Positions 47,743 to 57,218 of a stretch of DNA of 64,000 nt are shown here, piece after piece (the stretch's first letter is position 1; the number at the start of each line of letters is the position of its first letter). The stretch lies in the NCBI GenBank assembly GCA_034434635.1, contig DAOTYX010000184.1, positions 3,880-67,879 of the forward strand, given 5' to 3'. Source of the stretch: Anaerolineae bacterium (lineage in GTDB: Bacteria; Chloroflexota; Anaerolineae; B4-G1; DUEL01). Both the position numbers and the translations under genes were made by a program. The notes beneath the pieces were generated by a model that was given only the letters and a program-made list of their open reading frames with translations, had not been told where the DNA came from and made no database searches.

Positions 47743-49158
47743 CTAATCCGCCAGCCCCTCGATGTCCCCCAGCGCGGCGGTGACGCCGAAGTCGGCGGGG
47801 GTCTTGTGGATTTCCGGTGCCTGCACGTGGCGGGTCACCATCTCCCGCGTCCCGACGATGCCCAGTTGCTCGAACAGGAAGCCGAACTGTGCCTCCAGGT
47901 CGCGGCCCATGTTGACGCGGATCTCCGGCGGCAGGCTCCAGAACTCCCGCTTGAAGGGCCCCAACCCCTTCTTGCGCGTCTCGTAGAGGAATTGCTCCTC
48001 GGTCTTGCCCTCTTTCCACTCGTTGGCGTGATGCTCTTTGATGTAGGCGTAGATTTCGTCGCGCAGTGAGGCCGGCAGGAGGGGGTGGTCGTAGATCAGG
48101 TTCTGGAAGCCGGTGGCCAGGTGGACCTCGCAGGCTTCGGCCTCAGGGAAGGTGTGGAAGGCCTCGTCGGGCAGGGTGGACGCGCCGTGCTGTACTGCGC
48201 CGGCCAGGCCGTATTCCTCGCGGGCGACGCGGCTGAGCCGGGCCAGGGTGTCGAAGTCAATCTTCACCCGCGCCAGCGTGCCGTCGGGCAGCACCACACC
48301 GCCGTGCGAGGTGCCGGTCTGGATGCTCAGTTTGCTCAGGCCAGCCATCCCCGGCGGGAGAGAGGCGTTGTAGCCGTCCATGAAGGCGCGCAATTCTTCT
48401 TCCGTGGAGTTCTTGCCCCCCACCTCGCCGATCTCGCCACCGACGGAGATGGTCACTCCGGCGGGTTGCTTCTGGCGGATGACCTCGGTGAAGCGAGCGC
48501 AGATGGTGAAGTTGGCCCGCTGTTGCTCCTCCACGGTAGGCTGTGCCAGGTCCACCAGGGTTGAGGAGTCAATGTCAATGTTGAAGAAACCGGCCCCGAT
48601 CGCCTCGCCGATCAGGTCGTCCACAGCCCGAAGTTCGGAGCCCGGGTCGCTGGCGTACTTCTTGGCGTTCATCTGGAAGTGGTCGCCCTGGATGAACAGC
48701 GGGCCGTGGTAGCCCTCGCGCATGGCGGCGCCGATGATGACGGCGGCGTACTCCGCCGGGCGCTGGTTGGTGTAACCGATCTCCGAGCGGGCGATCTCGA
48801 AAATGAAGGCGGCGGCGTCGCGGGCCAGCGCGGCGCGGAAGACGGCGCGGGCCATGTCGTAGGTGAGCAGCCGCAGGTTCATCGCCGGCACGGTCCAGCC
48901 GCCGGGCGTCTCCCCACGCCCGCGGGCCATATACAGGTCGTGGATCGAGGCCGGGCGCACGCCGACGGCCTGTCCCATCTCCCAGAGCAGGTAGCGGGCC
49001 ATGGCCTGCGTCTCGCCGGTGGCGAAAACGGCGTGTTCTACCAGTTCATCCAACGCCGGCCCGCGCAGATGGGACTCATCCACCTGTACCCGCCCTTTCT
49101 CCAGGGTCACGATGCTCTTCACCTGCTGCAACAGTTCTGTCGGGCTTGTTGCGGTCAT
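47743..49158 (-). CDS. Class-II (metal-dependent) aldolase-family protein, FBA-like, long form
   Basis: Motifs resemble class-II FBA zinc sites (IQGDHF; SVGGEIGEVGG; IQTGTSHGGV). At 471 aa it is longer than canonical FbaA. Confidence 0.4.
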   Translation of the reverse strand: MTATSPTELLQQVKSIVTLEKGRVQVDESHLRGPALDELVEHAVFATGETQAMARYLLWEMGQAVGVRPASIHDLYMARGRGETPGGWTVPAMNLRLLTYDMARAVFRAALARDAAAFIFEIARSEIGYTNQRPAEYAAVIIGAAMREGYHGPLFIQGDHFQMNAKKYASDPGSELRAVDDLIGEAIGAGFFNIDIDSSTLVDLAQPTVEEQQRANFTICARFTEVIRQKQPAGVTISVGGEIGEVGGKNSTEEELRAFMDGYNASLPPGMAGLSKLSIQTGTSHGGVVLPDGTLARVKIDFDTLARLSRVAREEYGLAGAVQHGASTLPDEAFHTFPEAEACEVHLATGFQNLIYDHPLLPASLRDEIYAYIKEHHANEWKEGKTEEQFLYETRKKGLGPFKREFWSLPPEIRVNMGRDLEAQFGFLFEQLGIVGTREMVTRHVQAPEIHKTPADFGVTAALGDIEGLAD

Positions 49159-49194
49159 CTCCTTTCCTCCTTGCCTTTACCACCAAAGGTAATG

Positions 49195-49653
49195 TTACTT
49201 GATCGCCGGGCCTGCCGTCCAATCGTAGCCGATGGTTGGGTCGTCGTGAGGGATGCGCCCCTCGTCCGAACCGTCGTACTCGTGAGAGACGATGTAGAAA
49301 ACGTGAGCGGGTCCCTGCAGCACGCGGTAGCCATGCGCCACGCCGGGCGGAATCTTCAGCAGGACTGGCGGGTGGCCATCCCCCATCAGCAACTCCTGGA
49401 TCTGGCCGTAGGTGGGCGACTCCGGACGGGTGTCGTAGAGCGCGGCCTTGACCGTGCCGCAGGCCACGTACCACCAGTCGGTCTGCCGGTGGTGGACATG
49501 CCAGGCCTTGGCGGCCCCGGTGTGGGTCATCGTGTGGCTCCACTGGCCGAAGCCTTCCGGGAAGATGGGGTCGCTGGCGCGCAGGACCTCGCGGAAGAAG
49601 CCCCGTTCGTCGCTGTGGGTGACCAGTTGCTTGATTTCGACGCCGTGAATCAT
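49195..49653 (-). CDS. rfbC: dTDP-4-dehydrorhamnose 3,5-epimerase (RmlC cupin)
   Basis: MIHGVEIKQL...ERGFFRE...HGYRVL motifs. True start is ATG at 49653 after GGAGG; the longer track ORF (to 49968) reads through the repeat array. Confidence 0.85.
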   Translation of the reverse strand: MIHGVEIKQLVTHSDERGFFREVLRASDPIFPEGFGQWSHTMTHTGAAKAWHVHHRQTDWWYVACGTVKAALYDTRPESPTYGQIQELLMGDGHPPVLLKIPPGVAHGYRVLQGPAHVFYIVSHEYDGSDEGRIPHDDPTIGYDWTAGPAIK

Positions 49654-49778
49654 GGGCAGCACCTCCTGAGATGGGCGACAGAGGAGATTATAGCGCAAGT
49701 GGGGCGGCTGTCCAGTCGCCTTGAGGGACTTTTTGTCTGCTGTGGGCGGTGGGGTATAATCAACACCTGTCGGGCTAT

Positions 49779-50325
49779 GGTTACCCGTAGCCGACGCATC
49801 CCGATGCGTTGGCGGGGCGGCATAGGATGCCGCCCCTACGGTAAGCCCCGTAGCCGACGCATCCCTATGCGTCGGCGGGGCGGCATCGGGATGCTGCCCT
49901 ACGGTGGTCACCCGTAGCCGACGCATCCCTATGCGTCGGCGCATCCCTATGCGTCGGCAGGGCGGCATAGGGGCGGGCCGGGATGGCGGACGGCATAGGG
50001 ATGCCGCCCTATGGTGGTCACCCGTAGCCGACGCATCCCTATGCGTCGGCGCATCCCTATGCGTCGGCGCATCCCGATGCGTCGGCAGGGCGGCATAGGG
50101 GCGGGCCGGGATGGCGGGGCGGCATCGGGATGCCGCCTTACGGTGGTCACCCGTAGCCGACGCATCCCTATGCGTCGGCGCATCCTATGCGTCGGCGGGC
50201 GGCGTTGGGATGGCGGGCGGCATCGGGATGCCGCCCTACGGTGGTCACCCGTAGCCGACGCATCCCGATGCGTCGGCGCATCCCGATGCGTCGGCGGGGC
50301 GGCATCGGGATGCCGCCCCTACGGC
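49779..50325. repeat. BIME/REP-like array: about 6 composite units (60-130 bp) of two palindrome types
   Basis: Units share CCGTAG...CTACGG flanks and are separated by GGTGGTCA linkers. P1 is GCCGACGCATCCC(T/G)ATGCGTCGGC, in 1-3 copies per unit. P2 is GGGCGGCAT(C/A)GGGATGCCGCCC. Confidence 0.85.
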
Positions 50326-50412
50326 GTCGGCGGGCGGTGTTGGGGGTTGCCCTGCGATGATGCGGGCATGCTCTGAGTGGTCAAGATGTGCGGGGAAAAC
50401 AGGGGGAAGCGA

Positions 50413-51621
50413 ATGGGGTATTTGACGCATCTGGAATGCTCCTGCTGCGGCGCGGTGTACGATGCCGACGAGCGGCATAACCTGTGCCCAGTCTGCGACC
50501 GTCCCTTGCTGGCGCGCTACGACCTGGCGGCAGTCGCCGCGCGCCCGCGCCGGGCGGTCATCGGCTCCGAGCCGACGCTCTGGCGTTACCGGGCGCTGCT
50601 GCCGGTGCGCGACTCGCGTCACGAGGTCAGCCTGGGGGAAGGGTTCACTCCGCTCCTGCAAGCCCGGCGGCTGGGGGAGGCGCTGGGACTCTCCCATCTG
50701 TACATCAAGGAAGAAAGCCTCAATCCCACCGGCTCCTTCAAGGCCCGTGGGATGGCGGTGGCCATCTCCCGCGCCCGCGAGTTGGGCGTGAGGGAGGTGG
50801 TCATCCCTTCGGCGGGGAACGCTGCTGGCGCGGCCGCCGCCTATGCAGCCCGTGCTGGCATGCGGGTCCACGTCTTTATGCCCCGCGACGTTCCCGCGCC
50901 TTTCCTCCAGGAGTGCCGCGCCCTGGGGGCGGAGGTGACGCTGGTGGACGGGCTGATCGGCGACTGTGGCCGGGAGGCGCGGCGGGTCGCTGCTGCCTCC
51001 GGTGCGTTCGACCTCTCGACGCTCAGGGAACCGTACCGCCTGGAGGGGAAAAAGACCATGGGGTACGAACTGGCCGAGCAGTTCGGCTGGTGGCTGCCCG
51101 ACGTCATCATCTACCCCACCGGCGGCGGTACCGGCCTGGTGGGGATGTGGAAAGCGTTCGCAGAGATGGCCGCCTTGGGCTGGATTGGCGAGGGGCGCCC
51201 GCGGATGGTCGCCGTGCAGGCGGAGGGGTGCGCCCCCATCGTCCGTGCCTTTCACGCTGGCGAAGAGACCGCCACGCCGTGGGCCGATGCGCATACCGTG
51301 GCGGCGGGACTGCGCGTCCCTTCTGCCGTGGGCGACCGGCTGATCCTGCAGGCGCTGCGCCAGAGCGGCGGCACGGCGGTCGCCGTCAGCGACGCGGCGC
51401 TGCTGGCCGCGCAGGGCCGTCTCTCCCGTCTGGAGGGGGTCTTCGCCTGCCCGGAGGGCGGGGCGGCCCTGGCGGCGCTGGAGGTGCTGTTGGCCCAGGG
51501 TTGGCTCGCCCCCGATGAGCGCATCGTCCTTTTCAATACCGGCAGCGGGCTGAAGTACCCGGACTGTGGGGGGCAGGAAGTGGGCGGCGCTGGGACGACG
51601 CCCTGCGGTGGTCACCCGTAG
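50413..51621 (+). CDS. thrC: Threonine synthase
   Basis: N-terminal Cys4 zinc-ribbon (LECSCCG...CPVCD), PLP-fold-II SFKARG Lys motif. ATG 50413 after AGGGGGAAG. The last 7 codons (TPCGGHP*) are supplied by a REP copy. Confidence 0.9.
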   Translation: MGYLTHLECSCCGAVYDADERHNLCPVCDRPLLARYDLAAVAARPRRAVIGSEPTLWRYRALLPVRDSRHEVSLGEGFTPLLQARRLGEALGLSHLYIKEESLNPTGSFKARGMAVAISRARELGVREVVIPSAGNAAGAAAAYAARAGMRVHVFMPRDVPAPFLQECRALGAEVTLVDGLIGDCGREARRVAAASGAFDLSTLREPYRLEGKKTMGYELAEQFGWWLPDVIIYPTGGGTGLVGMWKAFAEMAALGWIGEGRPRMVAVQAEGCAPIVRAFHAGEETATPWADAHTVAAGLRVPSAVGDRLILQALRQSGGTAVAVSDAALLAAQGRLSRLEGVFACPEGGAALAALEVLLAQGWLAPDERIVLFNTGSGLKYPDCGGQEVGGAGTTPCGGHP

Positions 51622-51650
51622 CCGACGCATCCCTATGCGTCGGCGGGTGG
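51606..51650 (+). repeat. REP-like element copy overlapping the thrC stop
   Basis: GGTGGTCACCCGTAGCCGACGCATCCCTATGCGTCGGCGGG is identical to the array unit. Confidence 0.8.
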
Positions 51651-51652
51651 GG

Positions 51653-51688
51653 CTTTGTAGGACAACTGCGAGCAGTTGTCCTACAAAG
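51653..51688 (+). terminator. 17-bp perfect-stem hairpin (CTTTGTAGGACAACTGC...GCAGTTGTCCTACAAAG) downstream of thrC
   Basis: Direct observation; no strong U-tract. Confidence 0.5.
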
Positions 51689-51801
51689 CGGCCGGCCCCA
51701 CTGGCTCCCGACGGTTCTGGGGCACACCTCCTCAGATTGAGGTCTTGTCACCGTCGGGGAGGTGTGGTAGAATAACGCCACTCTCTTGCTGAGGAGCGCT
51801 C

Positions 51802-52818
51802 GTGTACAACCTGATGGTCACCGGTGGGGCCGGGTTCATCGGCTCCAACTTTACCCGCTACGTTCTACACCGCTACCCCCAAAGCCGCGTGGTGGTCTAT
51901 GACAAACTGACCTACGCCGGCAATCTGGCCAACCTCGCTGACGTGGCCCGCGACTTCCCCGACCGCTATGCCTTCGTCCAGGGGGACATCTGCGACGCGC
52001 CGCGGGTGCGGCAAACGATCCAGACGTATGGCGTGGAGGCCATCGTCAACTTCGCCGCCGCCACCCACGTTGACCGGTCGCTGATGGAGCCGGACGAGTT
52101 CATCCGCACCGACGTCTACGGCACGTATGTCCTCCTGGAAGCGGCAAAGGACCTGGGATCCCTGCGCTATCATCAGGTCAGTACCGATGAGGTCTACGGC
52201 GAGGTGCTGGAAGGGCGCTCGCGGGAGACCGATCCTCTGCGTCCGCGCAGCCCTTACTCCGCGGCGAAGGCGGGCGGCGACATGCTGTGCCTGGCCTACC
52301 ACACCAGTTTCGGCCTGCCGGTGACGATCACTCGCGGTTCCAACAACATCGGCCCCTACCAGTACCCCGAGAAGGTACTGCCGCTGTTCATCACCAACGC
52401 CATTGACGGCAAGCCGCTGCCGCTCTACGGCGATGGTTCGCAGATGCGCGATTACCAATACGTGCTCGACCACTGCGAGGGGATTGACCTGGTGCTGCAG
52501 CGCGGCCAACCGGGGGAGGTCTACAACCTGGGCACCGGCGTGGAGACGCGCAACATAGACATGGCCCATGCTATCCTCGACCTGCTGGGCAAGCCCTACT
52601 CGCTGATCCAGCCGGTGCGCGACCGGCCCGGCCACGACCGCCGCTATGCGCTGGACATCAGCAAGATTTGCGCCCTGGGCTGGGAGCCGGCGACGACCTT
52701 CGAGGAAGCGTTGCGGCAGACGGTGCGCTGGTACGTGGAGCACGAGGACTGGTGGCGCCCGATCAAGTCCGGCGAGCATTACCAGGAATACTACAGGAGG
52801 CAGTACGAAGGACGCTGA
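51802..52818 (+). CDS. rfbB: dTDP-glucose 4,6-dehydratase
   Basis: VTGGAGFIGSNF Rossmann, YSAAKAGGD (YxxxK) catalytic motif. Confidence 0.9.
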   Translation: MYNLMVTGGAGFIGSNFTRYVLHRYPQSRVVVYDKLTYAGNLANLADVARDFPDRYAFVQGDICDAPRVRQTIQTYGVEAIVNFAAATHVDRSLMEPDEFIRTDVYGTYVLLEAAKDLGSLRYHQVSTDEVYGEVLEGRSRETDPLRPRSPYSAAKAGGDMLCLAYHTSFGLPVTITRGSNNIGPYQYPEKVLPLFITNAIDGKPLPLYGDGSQMRDYQYVLDHCEGIDLVLQRGQPGEVYNLGTGVETRNIDMAHAILDLLGKPYSLIQPVRDRPGHDRRYALDISKICALGWEPATTFEEALRQTVRWYVEHEDWWRPIKSGEHYQEYYRRQYEGR

Positions 52819-52830
52819 TCCTCGACGTGT

Positions 52831-55800
52831 ATGAGCAGCCCGCCCATCCTCACCCGGCTCTCCGTCCCACCCATCTCCCCCGATCTGCTTCACCGTGAGC
52901 GGCTGACGGACTTCCTCCATGAACAGATCGCCCGGCGCCTGATCGTCGTCGCCGCGCCGGCGGGTTACGGCAAGACGAGCCTGCTGGCCGATTTCGCCCG
53001 CGAGACCGATCTGGTCACCTGCTGGTACTCCCTCGCCCCTCTTGATAACGACCCCTCTGTCTTTCTGGAGCACCTGCTGACCAGCCTGGCGAATCACTTC
53101 CCTGGCTTCGGCAAGAAGACGCGCAGCGTGCTGACCGCGGCCTTGCCTCACGGTGACCCCCTGACCGTGGTGGGCGCGCTGGTCAACGAGATGGTCAGCA
53201 CGATCCCCGAATGGTTCGTCCTGGTGCTTGACGACTTTCACTACGTCGAGGATTCCCCCCCGGTGGTGTCACTGCTTTCTTCCTTGCTGGCCTATCAGCC
53301 AGAGAATTGTCACCTGATCATCTCCTCACGCACCGTTCCCCAAGGTCTGCCGCTGTTTTCTATGATGGCGAGGGGCACAGCGGCCGGCCTGGGAGTTGAC
53401 GCGTTACGCTTCACCGCTGATGAGGTGGAATCGCTGTTCTGGCGCTCTGGCTGTCGCATCTCGCCTCAGGAAGCGCAACGGCTGGTTGCCGAGACCGAGG
53501 GCTGGATTATGGCCATCCGTCTCACCGGCGGCCTTTGGCGCCAGGCCTGGAAGGGGTTGGAGCAGGGGAGCCTGGACGCCCAGCCGCTGTACGATTACCT
53601 GGCCGGGGAGGTGCTCAGTTGCCAGGAGGCGGAGGTACAACAGTTCCTCCTCTTGTCCTCCACGCTGGCGGAGATGACCGCCGAAACGTGTCAGCAGGCG
53701 TTGGGGATAAGAGATGCGGTGCATTGGTTGGGGGAGGTTGAACGGCGCAACCTGTTCGTGACGCGATCGGAAGCGGAGAAGAGGGGGCAGCGTTACCATG
53801 CCCTCTTCCGCGAGTTCCTGCAGGCGCGATTGAGAGAGGCTTCGCCGGAGGCGTTCTCCCTTCTTCATCGCCAGGCAGCGGCCTGGTTCGAGGCGCATGC
53901 CGCGCCGGAGCAGGCCGTCGAGCATTACCTGATGGCGGGGGCGGCCTTCGAGGCGGCGCAGGTGATGGATCGCGCCGCGCCGGAGTTGCTCAGGGTCGGC
54001 TACTTCCAGACGCTGGTCACCTGGGCGGAGCAGTTGCCGGAGGATGTGCTGTGTGCTGTACCCTCCCTCCTGCTCAACGCGGCCAAGGCTGCCTCCCGCA
54101 TTGGCTGCCCAGAACAGACGGAGCGTTGGCTGGAGATGGCGGAGGCTGGATCGCGGGCGCGGGGAGATACGGATGTGCTGGGCATGGTTCTCTCTGCCCG
54201 GGCGCTGGTGCGCCTGAACGAGGGGCACCACGCCGAGAGCCTGCGCCTCGTTGAAGAGGTGCTCTCCCTGGCCCCTCCCGACCAGGAGGGGATGGCTGAG
54301 GCGACCATTGAAAGCCGCCGGGTCCAGGCGGCTTGCCTGACGCACCTGGGTCGCTTCTCGGAGGCCCGCCAGCGCTTCCAGGAGGCTCTGGAGGCGAGCC
54401 AGGCGGCCGGGGCAGTGGACCGTGAGTTGCTGAGCCGTGAGGGGTTGGCCTGGTGCCTGCACTGCCAGGGACACCTGGAGGAGGCGGTCTCCCTGTATCG
54501 TACCCTGACCGCCACCTGCCGTAGCCTGGGGCGGCCAGCCCAGCTCTCTGGCGTACTGAATGACCTGGCCTACAGCCTCTACCTGCTCGGTCAGTACGAG
54601 GAAGCCCTCCAGGCTGTAGGTGAGGCGATGGAGGTGGCCCGCTCCATCGGCCATCGCCACCTGGAGGCTGTCGCCAGGGTGAGCCTGGGTGAGATGCTGC
54701 GTGACCTGGGAGACCCGCTCGGGGCGGTGGCCGAAATCGGACGGGGTCTGGAGGTCGCCGAACGTCTGGGCCTGACTTCCCTGCGCGTCTCTGCACAGGA
54801 TGCTCTGGCCCTGGCTCACCTCTGCAAGGGGGACCCCTGCATGGCAGTGGCGCTCTCCCGTGCGGCGGTGGAACTGGCCGAGAGACAGAGCGCGACATGG
54901 CTGATCGGGCATTGCTGTGCTACGTTGGGACTGGCGCAGGTGGAAGGCGGGGCCGTCGAAGAGGGGTTGGCCAGCCTGGAACAGGCCTGTGCCAGCCTGG
55001 AGCGGAGCGAGTCGGCGCAGGAACTGGCGCGTGCACGGCTCTTTCTCGCTGCGAGCCTGTGGCGAAGCGGGTGGCATGAGCGGGCGAAGGAGGTATTAGT
55101 ACAGAGCCTCCAATCCTGCCCGGACGCTGACCGTCGGCGGCGCCTGCTGGTCGAAGGGCAACCTGTGCTTTCCTTTCTGCAAGAGGCTCTCCCGCAGACG
55201 GCCAATGGGGGCGAATGGGCCACGCTGTTGGCGGATGGGGAGAAGGCCCGGGTACACGCGCGGGAGGCCCTTCCGCAGCCGAAGAATCTGCCATCTCCGC
55301 CACCGACCCTGCGCGCCTACGGCTTTGGCGTGAGCCGGGTGGAGCGGGACGGGGAGACGATCCCCGCTGCCCGGTGGCGTACTGCTACCGCCCGTCACCT
55401 TTTCTTCTACATCCTGAATCACCCGCTGCGCACGCGGGAGCAGATCGGCGCCGATATGTGGCCCGACCTGTCCCCCAGCCGGCTTTCAGGCACGTTCCAC
55501 AACACCCGATACCGCATGCAGCAGGCGCTGGGGGTGAATCCCATTGCCTGCCAGGACGGGTTGTATGCCATCCGCGAGGACCTGGAGGTCTGGTATGACG
55601 TGCACGAGTTCGAGCAGTTGCTGGATCGCGCCGCCGGCCGGTCGGACGATCGGGCCATCCGCGACCTGCGTCGGGCCATCGCCCTCTACCGCGGCGACTT
55701 CCTGGAGGATTGTTACGCTGACTGGTGCGTCACCCGCCGCGAGGCGCTGCGCGCGCGCTTCCTTGAGGCTCTGGAGCGTCTGGCGGACTATCTGCTGGAG

Positions 55801-56058
55801 CGTGGGGAGACGGGTGAGGCGATCGGCCTGCTATGCCGGGGGGTGGAGGCTGACCCCTTCCGTGAGAGCCTTCGCTGCAAGATGATGCGGGCCTATGCGC
55901 TCATCGGTCGGGTTGACGAGGCCGTCGCCCACTACCGGCGCTATGCCCGCCTCCTCCGGGAGGAACTGCAGGCCGAGCCGGAGCCGCAGACGCAGGCGCT
56001 GCTGACGGCCATTCGTCGGGGCCACGTGCCGATCGCCAGCCATGACCGCCTTTCATAA
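52831..56058 (+). CDS. STAND-class NTPase transcriptional regulator: MalT-like N-terminal ATPase, central TPR repeats, C-terminal OmpR-type wHTH + BTAD (SARP) module
   Basis: N-terminus aligns to the MalT P-loop region (VVAAPAGYGKTSLLADFA...CWYSL). C-terminal 260 aa have a DnrI/AfsR-like winged helix plus BTAD. 1075 aa. Confidence 0.8.
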   Translation: MSSPPILTRLSVPPISPDLLHRERLTDFLHEQIARRLIVVAAPAGYGKTSLLADFARETDLVTCWYSLAPLDNDPSVFLEHLLTSLANHFPGFGKKTRSVLTAALPHGDPLTVVGALVNEMVSTIPEWFVLVLDDFHYVEDSPPVVSLLSSLLAYQPENCHLIISSRTVPQGLPLFSMMARGTAAGLGVDALRFTADEVESLFWRSGCRISPQEAQRLVAETEGWIMAIRLTGGLWRQAWKGLEQGSLDAQPLYDYLAGEVLSCQEAEVQQFLLLSSTLAEMTAETCQQALGIRDAVHWLGEVERRNLFVTRSEAEKRGQRYHALFREFLQARLREASPEAFSLLHRQAAAWFEAHAAPEQAVEHYLMAGAAFEAAQVMDRAAPELLRVGYFQTLVTWAEQLPEDVLCAVPSLLLNAAKAASRIGCPEQTERWLEMAEAGSRARGDTDVLGMVLSARALVRLNEGHHAESLRLVEEVLSLAPPDQEGMAEATIESRRVQAACLTHLGRFSEARQRFQEALEASQAAGAVDRELLSREGLAWCLHCQGHLEEAVSLYRTLTATCRSLGRPAQLSGVLNDLAYSLYLLGQYEEALQAVGEAMEVARSIGHRHLEAVARVSLGEMLRDLGDPLGAVAEIGRGLEVAERLGLTSLRVSAQDALALAHLCKGDPCMAVALSRAAVELAERQSATWLIGHCCATLGLAQVEGGAVEEGLASLEQACASLERSESAQELARARLFLAASLWRSGWHERAKEVLVQSLQSCPDADRRRRLLVEGQPVLSFLQEALPQTANGGEWATLLADGEKARVHAREALPQPKNLPSPPPTLRAYGFGVSRVERDGETIPAARWRTATARHLFFYILNHPLRTREQIGADMWPDLSPSRLSGTFHNTRYRMQQALGVNPIACQDGLYAIREDLEVWYDVHEFEQLLDRAAGRSDDRAIRDLRRAIALYRGDFLEDCYADWCVTRREALRARFLEALERLADYLLERGETGEAIGLLCRGVEADPFRESLRCKMMRAYALIGRVDEAVAHYRRYARLLREELQAEPEPQTQALLTAIRRGHVPIASHDRLS

Positions 56059-56060
56059 CC

Positions 56061-57188
56061 TCACAGCCTTCGGCTGTAGACGCGGTGGTTCTTGTAGGGC
56101 TTCCCGCCCAGGTTGACCAGGTCGCTGCGCATCTGCACCGCCGTCTCCGCCACCTGGGTCAGATCGGCGTGCTGGAAGTGGAACTCGCGCAGTGTCTTCT
56201 CGATCTCCGAGTAGAGCAGGGCGTTGCCCCCGCGCCCCTGAAACTCCGGCAGGATGCCCGCGCCGTTGAGCGCCACCCAACGCGTGCGGCGCATCTCCAG
56301 CAGCAGGTCGAACAGGCCGAAGGGGAAGAGACGTCCCCGCGCCCGTTGCAGCGCGGCGGAGAGGTCGTGAAAGGCGAACAGAAACCCCACCACCTTCTCC
56401 CCGTGGGTGATGATCTTGATCAGCCGCGGATCGGCGATGGTGAGCAGGTTCTGGAGCAGGAACTGAATCTCCCGCTCGGTGAGCGGGTAGTACTCCCAGT
56501 TGTCCACGAAGGCGCGGTTGTACGCCTCACCGATGCGCTCCGCCCAGGCGACCAGTTCCCGTTTGCTGCGGAAGCGCTTCACCGTCAGCGTGCCGCGCTG
56601 TTGTACCCGCTCGGCGATGCGGTGGATGCGCTCCGGCATGCGGAAGGCGGTGGCGTCCAGATAACAGGAGACAAAGTCCACCTCTTTCTCGAAGCCCAGC
56701 CCCTCAACCAGGCGGGGGTAGTATTCGTAGTTGTAGTTCATCATCGTCATCAGCTGACGGTGCTCGAACCCCTCCACCAGCAACCCGTAGCCGTCGAGCA
56801 CGCCGAAGCCCTTGGGGCCGACCATCTGATCCAGGCCCCGCGCCCGCGCCCACTCGAAGGCTCGCTCGAACAGCGCCGCTGCGGCTTCGGGGTCGTCCTC
56901 GCACTCGAACAGGTAGAACTGCGCCTGGCATGTGCCGTGGTAGGCGTTGAAGCGGCGGTTCTGCAGCACGGCCAGCCGCCCCACGTCGCGCCCATCCCGC
57001 GTGGCGATGAAGAAGTCGGCTTCTGAGTGCTCGAAGAAGGGGTGCTTCTGCCGGTTGAGGAAGGTCTCGGCATCCATCCGCAGGGGCGGGACCCACTGCG
57101 GGTGGCCGGCGTAGAGCCGGTAGGGGATGTCCACAAAGCGACGCACCTGCGCTTTCGATTCGGTGTCCACCTGCTGAATGGTGAGCAT
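56061..57188 (-). CDS. GNAT-fold acyltransferase-like protein (function uncertain)
   Basis: 375 aa; conserved C-terminal GILPEFQGRGGNALL-type acetyl-CoA-binding segment. Converges on the regulator gene with a 2-bp gap. Confidence 0.4.
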   Translation of the reverse strand: MLTIQQVDTESKAQVRRFVDIPYRLYAGHPQWVPPLRMDAETFLNRQKHPFFEHSEADFFIATRDGRDVGRLAVLQNRRFNAYHGTCQAQFYLFECEDDPEAAAALFERAFEWARARGLDQMVGPKGFGVLDGYGLLVEGFEHRQLMTMMNYNYEYYPRLVEGLGFEKEVDFVSCYLDATAFRMPERIHRIAERVQQRGTLTVKRFRSKRELVAWAERIGEAYNRAFVDNWEYYPLTEREIQFLLQNLLTIADPRLIKIITHGEKVVGFLFAFHDLSAALQRARGRLFPFGLFDLLLEMRRTRWVALNGAGILPEFQGRGGNALLYSEIEKTLREFHFQHADLTQVAETAVQMRSDLVNLGGKPYKNHRVYSRRL

Positions 57189-57218
57189 GGGGTCTCCTTG
57201 GGGGAGCGCCGCAAGGGG

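Noticed and set aside
49195-49968. 257-aa version of the rmlC ORF
   Set aside because: Upstream 105 codons are translation of the REP array (RRIGMRRR... repeats). The real start is ATG 49653 with a GGAGG RBS.
49779-50325. CRISPR array
   Set aside because: Repeats are contiguous palindromes of two alternating types with GC linkers. There are no unique spacers of regular length, no cas genes, and copies are dispersed singly elsewhere. REP/BIME-like instead.
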